Assembly (NCBI GenBank): GCA_028865615.1
Contig: JAGWJT010000003.1
Coordinates: 1-39,376 of the forward strand
Length of the DNA: 39,376 nucleotides
Source of the DNA: Patescibacteria group bacterium
GTDB lineage: Bacteria; Patescibacteriota; Minisyncoccia; Phycocordibacterales; PALSA-1337
Direction of reading: 5' to 3'
Numbering within the stretch: position 1 is the stretch's first letter; every line of letters starts with the position of its first letter. The position numbers and the translations under genes are program-made. Below the pieces are notes generated by a model. That model made no database searches and was not told the origin of the DNA. It worked only from the letters and a program-made list of their open reading frames with translations. This document shows, piece by piece, positions 10,701-18,287 of the stretch.

Positions 10701-12849
10701 CCGATCGGCCAACACTGATTGGGTGACTACGTCGTATACGATCACGGTGACAGGGAACAGCGTGACAGCGCCCACGCCCACGCCCACCCCAACCACCGGG
10801 ATACCGACCCTCACATCGGCTTCGTTTTCTCCGAATACAAATACCATTACCGTGCAAGGTAGCGGCTTCAGTCCTTCCGGGAACTTCATACATATAACCG
10901 CTCTGGACGGTAAATATATCCAAGTAAACGGCAGTAGCTACTCCGCGATCTCCGCATCACAAGTCTTGCCGGCCGGAGGCGGGGCTTCGTTGAGCTACGC
11001 TTTTCCGCAAAATACAATCTTCCTACCGGGTACGTATTCGGTAGGAGCGGCCCAGGCAGCCGCCAATACAAGCGCCGGCACGTATAGCAATGCTCTTCAG
11101 TTTGTCGTCACTTCCACCTCCAGTGGAGTAGTCTCCAATTCCTCCGGTGCTCCGGCCGCTGTCTCCGCTACCCCGCACTATGCCTGCTCGCAGGGGACAC
11201 TCAATGCGGCCGACGGCACCTGCCTTGTGAGTACGACCAATACCATGAGCTACGGCGCGGCTTCCATAGCCAAGAGCTGCTCTAGCGGCTTCCAGAAAGT
11301 CGCTACCATGGACGCCTGCACACCCGTCTACGGATCAGGCTATGTGCCGCTCTCCCTCTTTTATTCATGCCCTTCAGGCGGGACGGTAGACTACGGTACA
11401 GGCTGGGTATATGAATCCTTGTCAGGTTCCATCAATGTCTCGTACTACAACTATAAGTGCACCACCAAGACTACTTCCACCAACACCGTCCAAGCCACCA
11501 TATCGTCATACTCATGTCCTACCGGATACACCCTGAACGCCTCGCACGGTTGCGACCTCAACCAAGGTCCGGTCAACCTCAAAGCTACCGCGCTTACCGG
11601 AACCAATGCCGGGAAGGTATCGCTCACATGGAGCAACAACAGCGTTCTCAACGTATCAGGTGTAGAGGTCGATCGCAGTACCTCCACCGATCCGACGACG
11701 TTTTCTGTGGCGGCTTCTCTCGGTTCGACCACCTCGTCATATACTGATTCATCTCTCATCCCGCTTGCCACCTACTACTACAGCGTGCGCCTGAAGTACC
11801 AGAACGGCAACTATTCCACGTCGACGAGCGTAGTATCGGTCACAACGTCCGCCGCATACACCCCGGCTCCGACATATCCGAGCATATCTTCCGGTGTAAA
11901 CGGCCAGATCAGCCTGTCATGGCACAATCCCACAGCTCCCAACTTGTCTGCCATATCGATATCCAGATCGACTTTGAGCACTTCAGGCTTTACGGGCATC
12001 GCCACCACCTCTGCCGCCACTGCCTATACAGACACAGGCCTCCTGCCAGCCAAGAGGTATTACTATCGCTTGAAAGCTTACTACTCAGTCGGACAGTATT
12101 CGGCATATAGCCCCAATAGCACTACGGTGAGCGCCGTCACCCTGACCCCTTCCAAGCCTGTAGCCTCCATACTGACCGCCTCTACGACGCCATCGTCCGT
12201 GACGGTGAAATGGACGGATGGCAGTCCGGGCATATCGTACTACTCCGTATCGGAGACTATCCCGACCCCGACTTTCCTGGGCTCCACCACGGCCAAGATA
12301 TATGCCGCCACCAGCCTTGATCCCTCAACCAAGTATTGCTTCTCCGTCCAGGCAGTGGTCAATTGGCAGAACGTTTCGGCTTCAAGCACGGCCGTATGCG
12401 CCACTACCAAGGCCGGTACGGTCGCTCCGCCCCCGGTGGCTACAACGACCTCGACTACAACCTCTACTACCACTACGCCGTCAAACTCTCCGGTTCAGAC
12501 AAGTACAGAGTCATCATATCCTTCCAACTACTATCCCGCCCCAGCACCTTCTCCGACCTCGAACCCGCTGTCACCCAACCCTTCTCCTTCACCCAGTCCA
12601 TCCCCCACATCATCGCCGTCGCCGACCCCGTCTCCGTCACCAAGCCCGTCGCCAAGCCCCTCTCCGACTCCCATATCGCCACCTACTCAGTCCCCGGCAT
12701 CATCCCCGTCTCCTTCTCCCAGCCCCAGCCAGAGCTCTGCCCCCATAGAGTCATCGCCGGTATCTTCTCCCCAATCTTTCCAGGCGGACAACTACAGCTT
12801 CACCGCCGCGGTCATCGACTTCCTGAAGGCGCTCATAGGGTGGCACTAG
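7774..12849 (+). CDS. Giant secreted mosaic surface protein: IPT/Ig-like repeats, M64-like zinc peptidase, alpha/beta-hydrolase, Cys-rich segment, FN3 repeats, Pro/Ser tail
   Basis: Signal peptide; HESGHAIGSLQDEY (from 9073); VVGHSLG (GHSLG 9700-9714); repeated V.GSGFS..GN; FN3-type LTW...YTD..L.P...YYY.V; (SP)n tail. Confidence 0.85.
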   Translation: MKLLSARAVLLASFVLLWLFVGVQGVSAASAPVLCANSSGLKGYIDATGQCAANAETNTALNAMYTISFGSYQYAYTDVYNPFSIYAIPGSYTPFVTYHVSGAQLLGGYKFPAGGDAYSIHVGSLNMSNNASVIVSCDLGSTVSVPVILSNQSSYPPSGNTLTGPGTFLPTYGNPIQSCGGRYSDTTINPNYYSHGNLTYTLILPTVTIATTSAPTLTAASYSSSNQTVIVTGSGFSATGNTVQVNGPSGSYISQTSTNVSSNGTSLSVVLPANFPTGVSTVQVKASGGTTFSNMVGFSIAACVALGGSGPDKIVFMRGDGWNSSDGDYLAQVNDIINNGFKAIDPFKTHIGQLSFYADLEKVDELIDATRDSIVTNSSCGSSAMEYVYMFGYRSTDFPHAFVYEKGDKLVNLNMPLISSQPIYKSNLPFTVIHESGHAIGSLQDEYTAGSFIDKPAPSDYNDVVGYPNGSFDINTNCSADPWTDYSYGGNMYGSVDSTTCFKAFSPDAQQIYYRPSNDSIMNSSTVNHKFNIISCGYVLAAIDGQAPTKANASTHWPECKNLDTVGKDELPTVGPPPVVVTVGGVLTTEDSAIFSWVDQQLPTSVEQVRIPVPGISPGNTEWSIRDAINNALAGHHPVIVVGHSLGAFLAYEVSSEYAGKDVKFIYVDPPYNSPMVKLSGLSAIANAVKNATDLLWTNGDSIILGHIYYHNAFGYPNLPSTAPNGKTNAANLTQLATELTSDLASASDNPSGGSFASSPNPSLSSPPSIAAINPSSAGPGQNVTLTGSFDPNGNDVYITNTADNSVYYSFYDVLPQNGNSSLSFTLPQAFDWSGSLSDTVPGTYTVQVAGSNSLWANAGTINVTSSASLPPIPTGVDFNASTGEGQVTGSNFSSTGNSVGLTLAPGAAASAPGWNAASVWDAVKRLLQSLFSFKKASAQTTTAPAYVIPGLSSSGGTISFQVPSNVPNGIYTVSVRSANTDWVTTSYTITVTGNSVTAPTPTPTPTTGIPTLTSASFSPNTNTITVQGSGFSPSGNFIHITALDGKYIQVNGSSYSAISASQVLPAGGGASLSYAFPQNTIFLPGTYSVGAAQAAANTSAGTYSNALQFVVTSTSSGVVSNSSGAPAAVSATPHYACSQGTLNAADGTCLVSTTNTMSYGAASIAKSCSSGFQKVATMDACTPVYGSGYVPLSLFYSCPSGGTVDYGTGWVYESLSGSINVSYYNYKCTTKTTSTNTVQATISSYSCPTGYTLNASHGCDLNQGPVNLKATALTGTNAGKVSLTWSNNSVLNVSGVEVDRSTSTDPTTFSVAASLGSTTSSYTDSSLIPLATYYYSVRLKYQNGNYSTSTSVVSVTTSAAYTPAPTYPSISSGVNGQISLSWHNPTAPNLSAISISRSTLSTSGFTGIATTSAATAYTDTGLLPAKRYYYRLKAYYSVGQYSAYSPNSTTVSAVTLTPSKPVASILTASTTPSSVTVKWTDGSPGISYYSVSETIPTPTFLGSTTAKIYAATSLDPSTKYCFSVQAVVNWQNVSASSTAVCATTKAGTVAPPPVATTTSTTTSTTTTPSNSPVQTSTESSYPSNYYPAPAPSPTSNPLSPNPSPSPSPSPTSSPSPTPSPSPSPSPSPSPTPISPPTQSPASSPSPSPSPSQSSAPIESSPVSSPQSFQADNYSFTAAVIDFLKALIGWH

Positions 12850-12909
12850 GAACGCATCAAAGGGCGTCCAGTGCGCGACAATGCCGGCCCGATCTGCTAT
12901 CTTTGAGGC

Positions 12910-13917
12910 ATGAATGGGGAAGGAGAACCAACCATATTATCCGGCCTTGTCGCCAGGGACCGCTTGAAAGGCGAGCTCATCGAGCGTATCTCGGGCCTCA
13001 AGGCAACAGGGATGACGCCTGCCCTGGCTATCATCCAAGCCGGCGATCGGGCCGATACGACTTCATATGTGGATAGCAAGAAAAGATTCGCGGCAGGCAT
13101 CGGCGCGGATGTCCGGCATGTTCATATGGATGCGGATGCCCGACAAGAGGATGTCATAGGTCATATCAAAACCTTGAATGCCGACAGGTCTGTCCATGGG
13201 ATCATAGTCCAATTGCCGTTGCCCGAAGGGTTGGATCGCGACGCGGCCATGGCCGCCATCGATCCCGCCAAAGACGCCGACGGGTTGGCTCCGACCAATG
13301 TAGCTATATGGTCGGCCGGCGGCTCCCATGTCGTTTGGCCGGCTACGGCTAGAGGGGTGGGGGAGCTTCTGGATTTCTACGACATAGTCTTGAAAGGCAA
13401 GAATGTCTGTGTCATCGGCCGATCGGCATTGGTGGGGGCGCCGGTAGCCGCATTGTGCCGCGCCAAAGGGGCTATAGTGACAGTGTGCCATTCCAAGACC
13501 GGAGACCTGAAGAAAGAAACCCTGGCCGCAGACGTCATCATATCCGCCGTCGGTAAGCCGGGGCTTGTGACGGTTGACCATGTGAAGCCGGGACAGGTGA
13601 TCGTCGACATAGGTATCAGTGAGGTCGGTGCCGACCATCAGTCGAAGAACATTTCGCAGGAATTTTCCAGCGAGAAAATTCCGAGACATAGGGCGAGCCC
13701 TGCAGGGCCCGACCCGTGTTCTGAGACTGATGGTCGGCACCGACCCGGCCGCTCGCAACCGAAGCGCAACCTCATAGGAGATGTCGATTTCAAAGCGGTC
13801 AAGGCTGTCTTGGGGCCCAATGGAGCCATTTCGCCGGTGCCCGGCGGTGTCGGTCCCATGACCGTCCTAGCCCTGTTCGAAAACTTGGCGGATTTATGTG
13901 ATAGAATGTCATCGTAA
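12910..13917 (+). CDS. folD: Bifunctional methylenetetrahydrofolate dehydrogenase/cyclohydrolase with an in-frame insertion
   Basis: YVDSK, HGIIVQLPLP, KDADG, VIGRSALVGAP, VDIGI, GDVDF, PVPGGVGPMT. Confidence 0.95.
   Translation: MNGEGEPTILSGLVARDRLKGELIERISGLKATGMTPALAIIQAGDRADTTSYVDSKKRFAAGIGADVRHVHMDADARQEDVIGHIKTLNADRSVHGIIVQLPLPEGLDRDAAMAAIDPAKDADGLAPTNVAIWSAGGSHVVWPATARGVGELLDFYDIVLKGKNVCVIGRSALVGAPVAALCRAKGAIVTVCHSKTGDLKKETLAADVIISAVGKPGLVTVDHVKPGQVIVDIGISEVGADHQSKNISQEFSSEKIPRHRASPAGPDPCSETDGRHRPGRSQPKRNLIGDVDFKAVKAVLGPNGAISPVPGGVGPMTVLALFENLADLCDRMSS
13623..13745. repeat. 123-bp palindromic element inserted in frame in folD
   Basis: Perfect 21-bp terminal inverted repeat GGTCGGTGCCGACCATCAGTC (13623-13643 / 13725-13745); inner hairpins GGAATTTTC-CAGCGA-GAAAATTCC and GCCCTGCAGGGC. 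Confidence 0.9.
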
Positions 13918-13953
13918 TATCATTTATAAGCAGCTATAAAACATAAACACAAC

Positions 13954-14787
13954 ATGAACGCCCCAGCCAAATTTTGGAATGCCGCCACTATATTTGTCTT
14001 CGTCCTCATAGCCTCAGCCGCCGTATGCATGATAGCCGTTTTGAAGTCCATCAATTATATAGGCACTAACCGCAATCAGACCAATACCATCAGCGTCCAA
14101 GGTACCGGAGATGCATTGGCTACACCAGACGTGGCCACGTTCAGTTTTACCCTTTCTGATACGGAAAAGACCGTAGCTGCCGCTCAGGCCAAAGTGACCG
14201 CCGCTGAAAATTCGGCCCTCAAAGTGGTCCGTGACGCAGGCGTGGCGGACAAGGACATTCAGACCGCTTCATACACCATCAATCCGCATTACACTTACCA
14301 GAACGCCATTTGTCCTCAGCCGGCTGTGTACAATGCTTCGTCCGGTGTATCCGGCGCTTCTTCCGTCGCATATTGCCCTCCCGGCAAACAAACTCTGACA
14401 GGTTATGACGTCTCCGAAACTATCCAGATCAAATTGCGCGACCTATCCAAGGCCGGTTCGCTCTTGACCGCCCTAGGTGCGGCCGGCGTGAGCAATCTGA
14501 ACGGTCCGAATTTCACAGTGGACAACCCCGATAGCGTCCAGGCCGAGGCCCGCGCTAAGGCTATTGCCGACGCCAAAACGAAGGCGGACGAATTGGCCAA
14601 AGAGCTCGGTGTGACGATAGTGGGCGTGACCAGCTTCTATGAGAACAACGGCCCCATGCCCGTATATGCCAAGATGTTGGGTGCAGGCGCTGCCGCTCCG
14701 GAATCCGCCGCCACACCGTCTCCGTCCGTGCCGTCCGGCGAGCAGAAAGTGACGGATAGCGTGACTATCACGTACGAGATAAGGTAG
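13954..14787 (+). CDS. SIMPL domain (DUF541/YggE-like) protein
   Basis: TISVQGTG...PDVATFSF, EARAKAIADAKTKADELA, GEQKVTDSVTITYEI. Confidence 0.9.
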   Translation: MNAPAKFWNAATIFVFVLIASAAVCMIAVLKSINYIGTNRNQTNTISVQGTGDALATPDVATFSFTLSDTEKTVAAAQAKVTAAENSALKVVRDAGVADKDIQTASYTINPHYTYQNAICPQPAVYNASSGVSGASSVAYCPPGKQTLTGYDVSETIQIKLRDLSKAGSLLTALGAAGVSNLNGPNFTVDNPDSVQAEARAKAIADAKTKADELAKELGVTIVGVTSFYENNGPMPVYAKMLGAGAAAPESAATPSPSVPSGEQKVTDSVTITYEIR

Positions 14788-14841
14788 AAATTAGTGCTTG
14801 GGATTTGTTTAGAAATTAGGTCAATTAGATCAACTAGAAAT
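14785..14841. repeat. Degenerate 7-9 bp tandem repeat (TAGAAAT type) starting at the SIMPL stop
   Basis: TAGAAAT TAGTGCT TGGGATT TGTT TAGAAAT TAGGTCAAT TAGATCAAC TAGAAAT. Confidence 0.65.
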
Positions 14842-14943
14842 TTTTCAGGCGCTTGCGCTTTTGGCACCGGGCGTGCTACTATGGGGGCGTTACCGGCCCC
14901 GCAGGGGTTTTTTAATAGGAAAAGGCCGTAGGCCATTCATGTC

Positions 14944-15126
14944 ATGAATAGATTCGCAAATTACATCAAAGACACGCGTGCCGAGATGAACCACGTCAAC
15001 TGGCCGACCAGGCAGGAGACCGTCAGGTTCACTCTATTGGTCATAGCCGTATCTATAGGAGTTGCCGTGCTTCTCGGCGTATGTGATTTCGTCTTTTCCA
15101 GATTGCTCACCTTGCTTATCCCGTAG
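14944..15126 (+). CDS. secE: Preprotein translocase subunit SecE
   Basis: EMNHVNWPTRQE plus single TM; upstream of nusG. Confidence 0.95.
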   Translation: MNRFANYIKDTRAEMNHVNWPTRQETVRFTLLVIAVSIGVAVLLGVCDFVFSRLLTLLIP

Positions 15127-15153
15127 ATGTCATTATTATTCGTAGCATTCGCA

Positions 15154-15176
15154 TAAATTCGTTGATTCGTATTATA
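15154..15176. repeat. Left arm of an inverted repeat bracketing nusG
   Basis: TAAATTCGTTGATTCGTATTATA matches the reverse complement of 15728-15750 at 21/23. Confidence 0.75.
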
Positions 15177-15180
15177 TATC

Positions 15181-15726
15181 ATGGCCAAACAACAGATAAC
15201 AGGCGAGCGCAATTGGTACGCCATACATACGTATGCGGGCTATGAGAACGCGGTCGCCCGCAACCTGAAACAGCGCATAGAGTCGCTCGGCATGGAGGAC
15301 AAGATATTCGCGGTCATCGTCCCGACCGAAAAGAAGATCAAGGTCAAGAGCGGCAAACGCGTCGAGGAAGAGGAGAAGATATACCCGGGCTACGTCCTGG
15401 TGGAGATGATAGTGACCGATGATAGCTGGTATGTGGTTCGGAACACCCCTCGCGTGACAGGTTTCGTCGGTTCCGGCCTCTATCCGGTGCCTCTGGAGAA
15501 GGCCGAAGTCGATTCGCTCTTTGCCCGCATGAATAAGGCGGAGACCGAACATGCCATAGACTTGACGGCCGGCGATCTGGTCAAGGTCACGGACGGTCCG
15601 TTCAAGGACTTTGAGGGCAAGGTAGGGGAAGTGGACACCCAGCGCGGCAAGATCAAAGTCCTGGTCTCCATGTTCGGCCGCGAGACGCCTGTGGAGCTGG
15701 ACTTCTTGCAAGTGAAGAAGGTTTAA
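15181..15726 (+). CDS. nusG: Transcription termination/antitermination factor NusG
   Basis: WYAIHTYAGYE, YPGYVLVEM, VRNTPRVTGFVG, KOW DGPFKDFEG, FGRETPVELDF. Confidence 0.98.
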   Translation: MAKQQITGERNWYAIHTYAGYENAVARNLKQRIESLGMEDKIFAVIVPTEKKIKVKSGKRVEEEEKIYPGYVLVEMIVTDDSWYVVRNTPRVTGFVGSGLYPVPLEKAEVDSLFARMNKAETEHAIDLTAGDLVKVTDGPFKDFEGKVGEVDTQRGKIKVLVSMFGRETPVELDFLQVKKV

Positions 15727-15727
15727 G

Positions 15728-15750
15728 TATAATACGAATCTACGAATATA
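15728..15750. repeat. Right arm of the inverted repeat bracketing nusG (TACGAAT units)
   Basis: TATAATACGAATCTACGAATATA between the nusG stop and rplK start. Confidence 0.75.
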
Positions 15751-15757
15751 AACTCAA

Positions 15758-16180
15758 ATGGCAAAAAAGATAATCAAAAAAGTGAAAGTGATCGCTCCGG
15801 CTGGCAAGGCTACGCCTGCGCCTCCGCTCGGACCTACTCTCGGTCAGGCCGGCGTCAACATAGGCGATTTCACCAAGAAGTTCAACGACGCCACCAAGGC
15901 CATGGGCAATGACATGATCCCGGTCGTCATAACAGTCTACGAAGACAGGACTTACGATTTCAAGCTCAAGACTCCTCCTACTTCGAGCCTCATCCTGAAG
16001 GCCATCGGCAAAGAGAAGGGTAGCGGCAAGCCGAACCTATCGAAAGTAGGCACGATGACCAGGGCTCAACTCAAAGAGATAGCGGAACGCAAGATGCCTG
16101 ACCTGAACGCCAACGACGTCGAGGCGGCCATGAAGGTCGTGGCGGGCACGGCTAGGCAGATGGGAGTAGAAGTTAAGTAA
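15758..16180 (+). CDS. rplK: 50S ribosomal protein L11
   Basis: [41 protein letters not shown]. Confidence 0.98.
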   Translation: MAKKIIKKVKVIAPAGKATPAPPLGPTLGQAGVNIGDFTKKFNDATKAMGNDMIPVVITVYEDRTYDFKLKTPPTSSLILKAIGKEKGSGKPNLSKVGTMTRAQLKEIAERKMPDLNANDVEAAMKVVAGTARQMGVEVK

Positions 16181-16183
16181 AAC

Positions 16184-16287
16184 GCAGCACGGAGAAAGGC
16201 GAATAACCATCACGCAAAGTGCTTTTGTGGTTACCTGTCTCAGGCGGTGATTGTTGCGTGATGGTTATTCGCCTTTCTCCGTGCTGC
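16184..16287. repeat. REP-like palindromic element, copy A (34-bp perfect inverted repeat)
   Basis: Arms 16184-16217 and 16254-16287; core GCAAAGTGCTTTTGTGGTTA at 16214-16233. Confidence 0.9.
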
Positions 16288-16294
16288 TTGTACA

Positions 16295-16402
16295 AAACAC
16301 CCAAGCGGATGTTTCCGAATGACGACGCAACGTGGCACCCCTGACGTGGATAACCACAAAAGCACTTTGCATCGGAATGAGGGAATATCCGCTTGGGTGT
16401 TT
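16295..16402. repeat. REP-like palindromic element, copy B, opposite orientation
   Basis: 16-bp perfect arms AAACACCCAAGCGGAT (16295-16310 / 16387-16402); exact reverse complement of the 20-nt core at 16351-16370. Confidence 0.85.
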
Positions 16403-16419
16403 CCAGTATGGCCACGATC

Positions 16420-16923
16420 CTACTTCACAGGGAAATCGACGTCGTATTCGAGCAGTAGGGTGCCATTCTCGGCTTGGCCGGCGCTTTTGAGCTTCAAGGC
16501 ATAGTGCATCTCATCGTCGAAAAGGCGCATGCCCTTGCCGAAGACGAGCGGCTCTATCGTGAGATATATCTTGCCGACCACGCCCGCCTTCATGAACATG
16601 GTATAGATATGCGAGCCGCCGCATACGGCAACCTCCTTGAATCCGCGGCTTTCCAATTCTTGCAATAGCTCCAATGGCGGTTTTTGGGTCGTCTCTACGC
16701 CCTCGAACGTCTTGTCGTGCGAATATACGATGTTCAGGCGTTCCTTGAGCGGCTTGCCTATGGTGGCGTAAGTCTTCGAGCCCATGACGACTACGCCGGC
16801 CTTCTTGGAGAGCTCTATGAAGCGCTTTTTGTCTTCCTTGGATGTCCAGCCAAAAGGCGAGTGGGCATCATCCTTGGCTATATACCCGTCCGCCGTCATG
16901 GCCGCTATGAGGAAACATTTCAT
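16420..16923 (-). CDS. folA: Dihydrofolate reductase family protein
   Basis: LIAAMTADGYIA, W..KEDKKRF, VVMGSKTY, PL..RLNIV, VCGGSHIY; divergent from CYTH-dcd-thyA. Confidence 0.8.
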   Translation of the reverse strand: MKCFLIAAMTADGYIAKDDAHSPFGWTSKEDKKRFIELSKKAGVVVMGSKTYATIGKPLKERLNIVYSHDKTFEGVETTQKPPLELLQELESRGFKEVAVCGGSHIYTMFMKAGVVGKIYLTIEPLVFGKGMRLFDDEMHYALKLKSAGQAENGTLLLEYDVDFPVK

Positions 16924-17006
16924 GTCTCCATTCTACATCATTCCGCTACAGGTTTCAGCTGTTGTCATCATTGTTTTTAGTTGGCGCAGGGTTATAATCT
17001 AAAGCC

Positions 17007-17684
17007 ATGAAGACATACGAAGTAGAGATAAAGAGCCTGCTCGGCTCAAAAGAAAATGCCGATAAACTCAAGACCGCTATCTCCGGCGCGTATCCGTCCA
17101 TGAAGCTCGTGTCCAAAGGCAAACAACTGAACCACTATTTCAATGTCCCTGCCGATCTGGTCGCGTTGGAAAAGGCTCTGAAGCCATTGGTACCGGCCGG
17201 CCGGGAGAACGAATTTGCTAACGCTATCAGCCACAGCAAAAAAGTGTCATTGCGAACGCGTCAAACTGACACAGAGGTTTTGTTAGTCATGAAGATATCC
17301 GTCGGCGATGGCACAAGCTCTAACGGCGTCACTAGGGTCGAGTTTGAATTCCCGGTGAGTATGAGTTTGCAGGCACTCGATCGTATATTGTTAGATTCAT
17401 GCTGTACCTACCAGGCCAAATGGTCCCGTGAAAGGGAAGAGTACGCGGACGAAGGCATGCATGTGTGCATAGACAAGAACGCAGGCTACGGTTATCTGGC
17501 GGAATTCGAGAAAGTCACGACAGACGAGGCTTCTCTGGCGGCAGTCAGGCAGGAATTGTTGGGCGCAATGAAAAAGCTTGGTTTTGCAGAATTGCCGCAG
17601 GATCGACTGGAGAGGATGTTCGCCCATTACAATGCCCACTGGCCGGAATATTATGGGACTGACAGGACTTTTGTAGTAGAATAG
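17007..17684 (+). CDS. CYTH / triphosphate tunnel metalloenzyme family protein
   Basis: N-terminal EVEIK (ExExK), SLRTR, RVEFE, REREEY, YLAEFEK. Confidence 0.85.
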   Translation: MKTYEVEIKSLLGSKENADKLKTAISGAYPSMKLVSKGKQLNHYFNVPADLVALEKALKPLVPAGRENEFANAISHSKKVSLRTRQTDTEVLLVMKISVGDGTSSNGVTRVEFEFPVSMSLQALDRILLDSCCTYQAKWSREREEYADEGMHVCIDKNAGYGYLAEFEKVTTDEASLAAVRQELLGAMKKLGFAELPQDRLERMFAHYNAHWPEYYGTDRTFVVE

Positions 17685-17694
17685 AGAGACCAAC

Positions 17695-18273
17695 ATGTAT
17701 CTATCAGATAGAGATATCAAAAAGGCCGTCGATAAGGGTGACATAGTCATCCAAGGTTTTGAGGAAGAACGTCTCCAGCCGGCAAGCTACGATATCCTGC
17801 TCGGTAATAAATTCATCGTACACAATACCGAGTCGACTATGGCCATAGATCCGGTCAAGAAGATCTTTCCGGAGACCAAGGAGTTGATCGTGCCAGACAC
17901 CGGCTTGTTCGTTCTCCATCCGGGCATAAGCATCCTCGGTACATCCGTCGACTATTTCGGTTCCGACAAATATCTCATCCACCTTTCTGGCAAGAGCAGT
18001 TTGGCTAGGTTGGGTCTCATTATCCACAATACCGCAGGCATCATCAATCCGGGCCACTTCCTGAATATAACTTTTGAATTGGCCAACCTGAACCATATAC
18101 CGATCATACTTCGTCCGGGCATGCGTATCGGACAGATCCTATTCTCAGAATTGACTAGCCGGCCGGCCAAAGACTACAAGACCACCGGCAGGTATCACAA
18201 TCGAGATTGGCAGCACTTTGTGGATCCAAAGGAAGAAGAGGTCAAAACGGCATCCAAGAGCAAAAAAAGATAA
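17695..18273 (+). CDS. dcd: dCTP deaminase
   Basis: LSDRDI, LQPASYD, GKSSLARLG, ITFEL.N, PGMRIGQ. Confidence 0.92.
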   Translation: MYLSDRDIKKAVDKGDIVIQGFEEERLQPASYDILLGNKFIVHNTESTMAIDPVKKIFPETKELIVPDTGLFVLHPGISILGTSVDYFGSDKYLIHLSGKSSLARLGLIIHNTAGIINPGHFLNITFELANLNHIPIILRPGMRIGQILFSELTSRPAKDYKTTGRYHNRDWQHFVDPKEEEVKTASKSKKR

Positions 18274-18287
18274 TCCAATCCGCTAAA

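Noticed and set aside
12420-12780. Pro/Ser/Thr repeats and overlapping ORFs 12218-12748 and 12336-13076
   Set aside because: Low-complexity linker of the giant protein; the alternative frames are shadows with no recognisable protein.
13623-13745. folD insertion as an intein or self-splicing intron
   Set aside because: Only 41 codons; no Cys/Ser...His-Asn intein ends and no group I/II core.
14845-14943. tRNA-Trp often found before secE
   Set aside because: No cloverleaf or GTTCRA T-loop; only a promoter-like TG-C-TACTAT and short hairpins.
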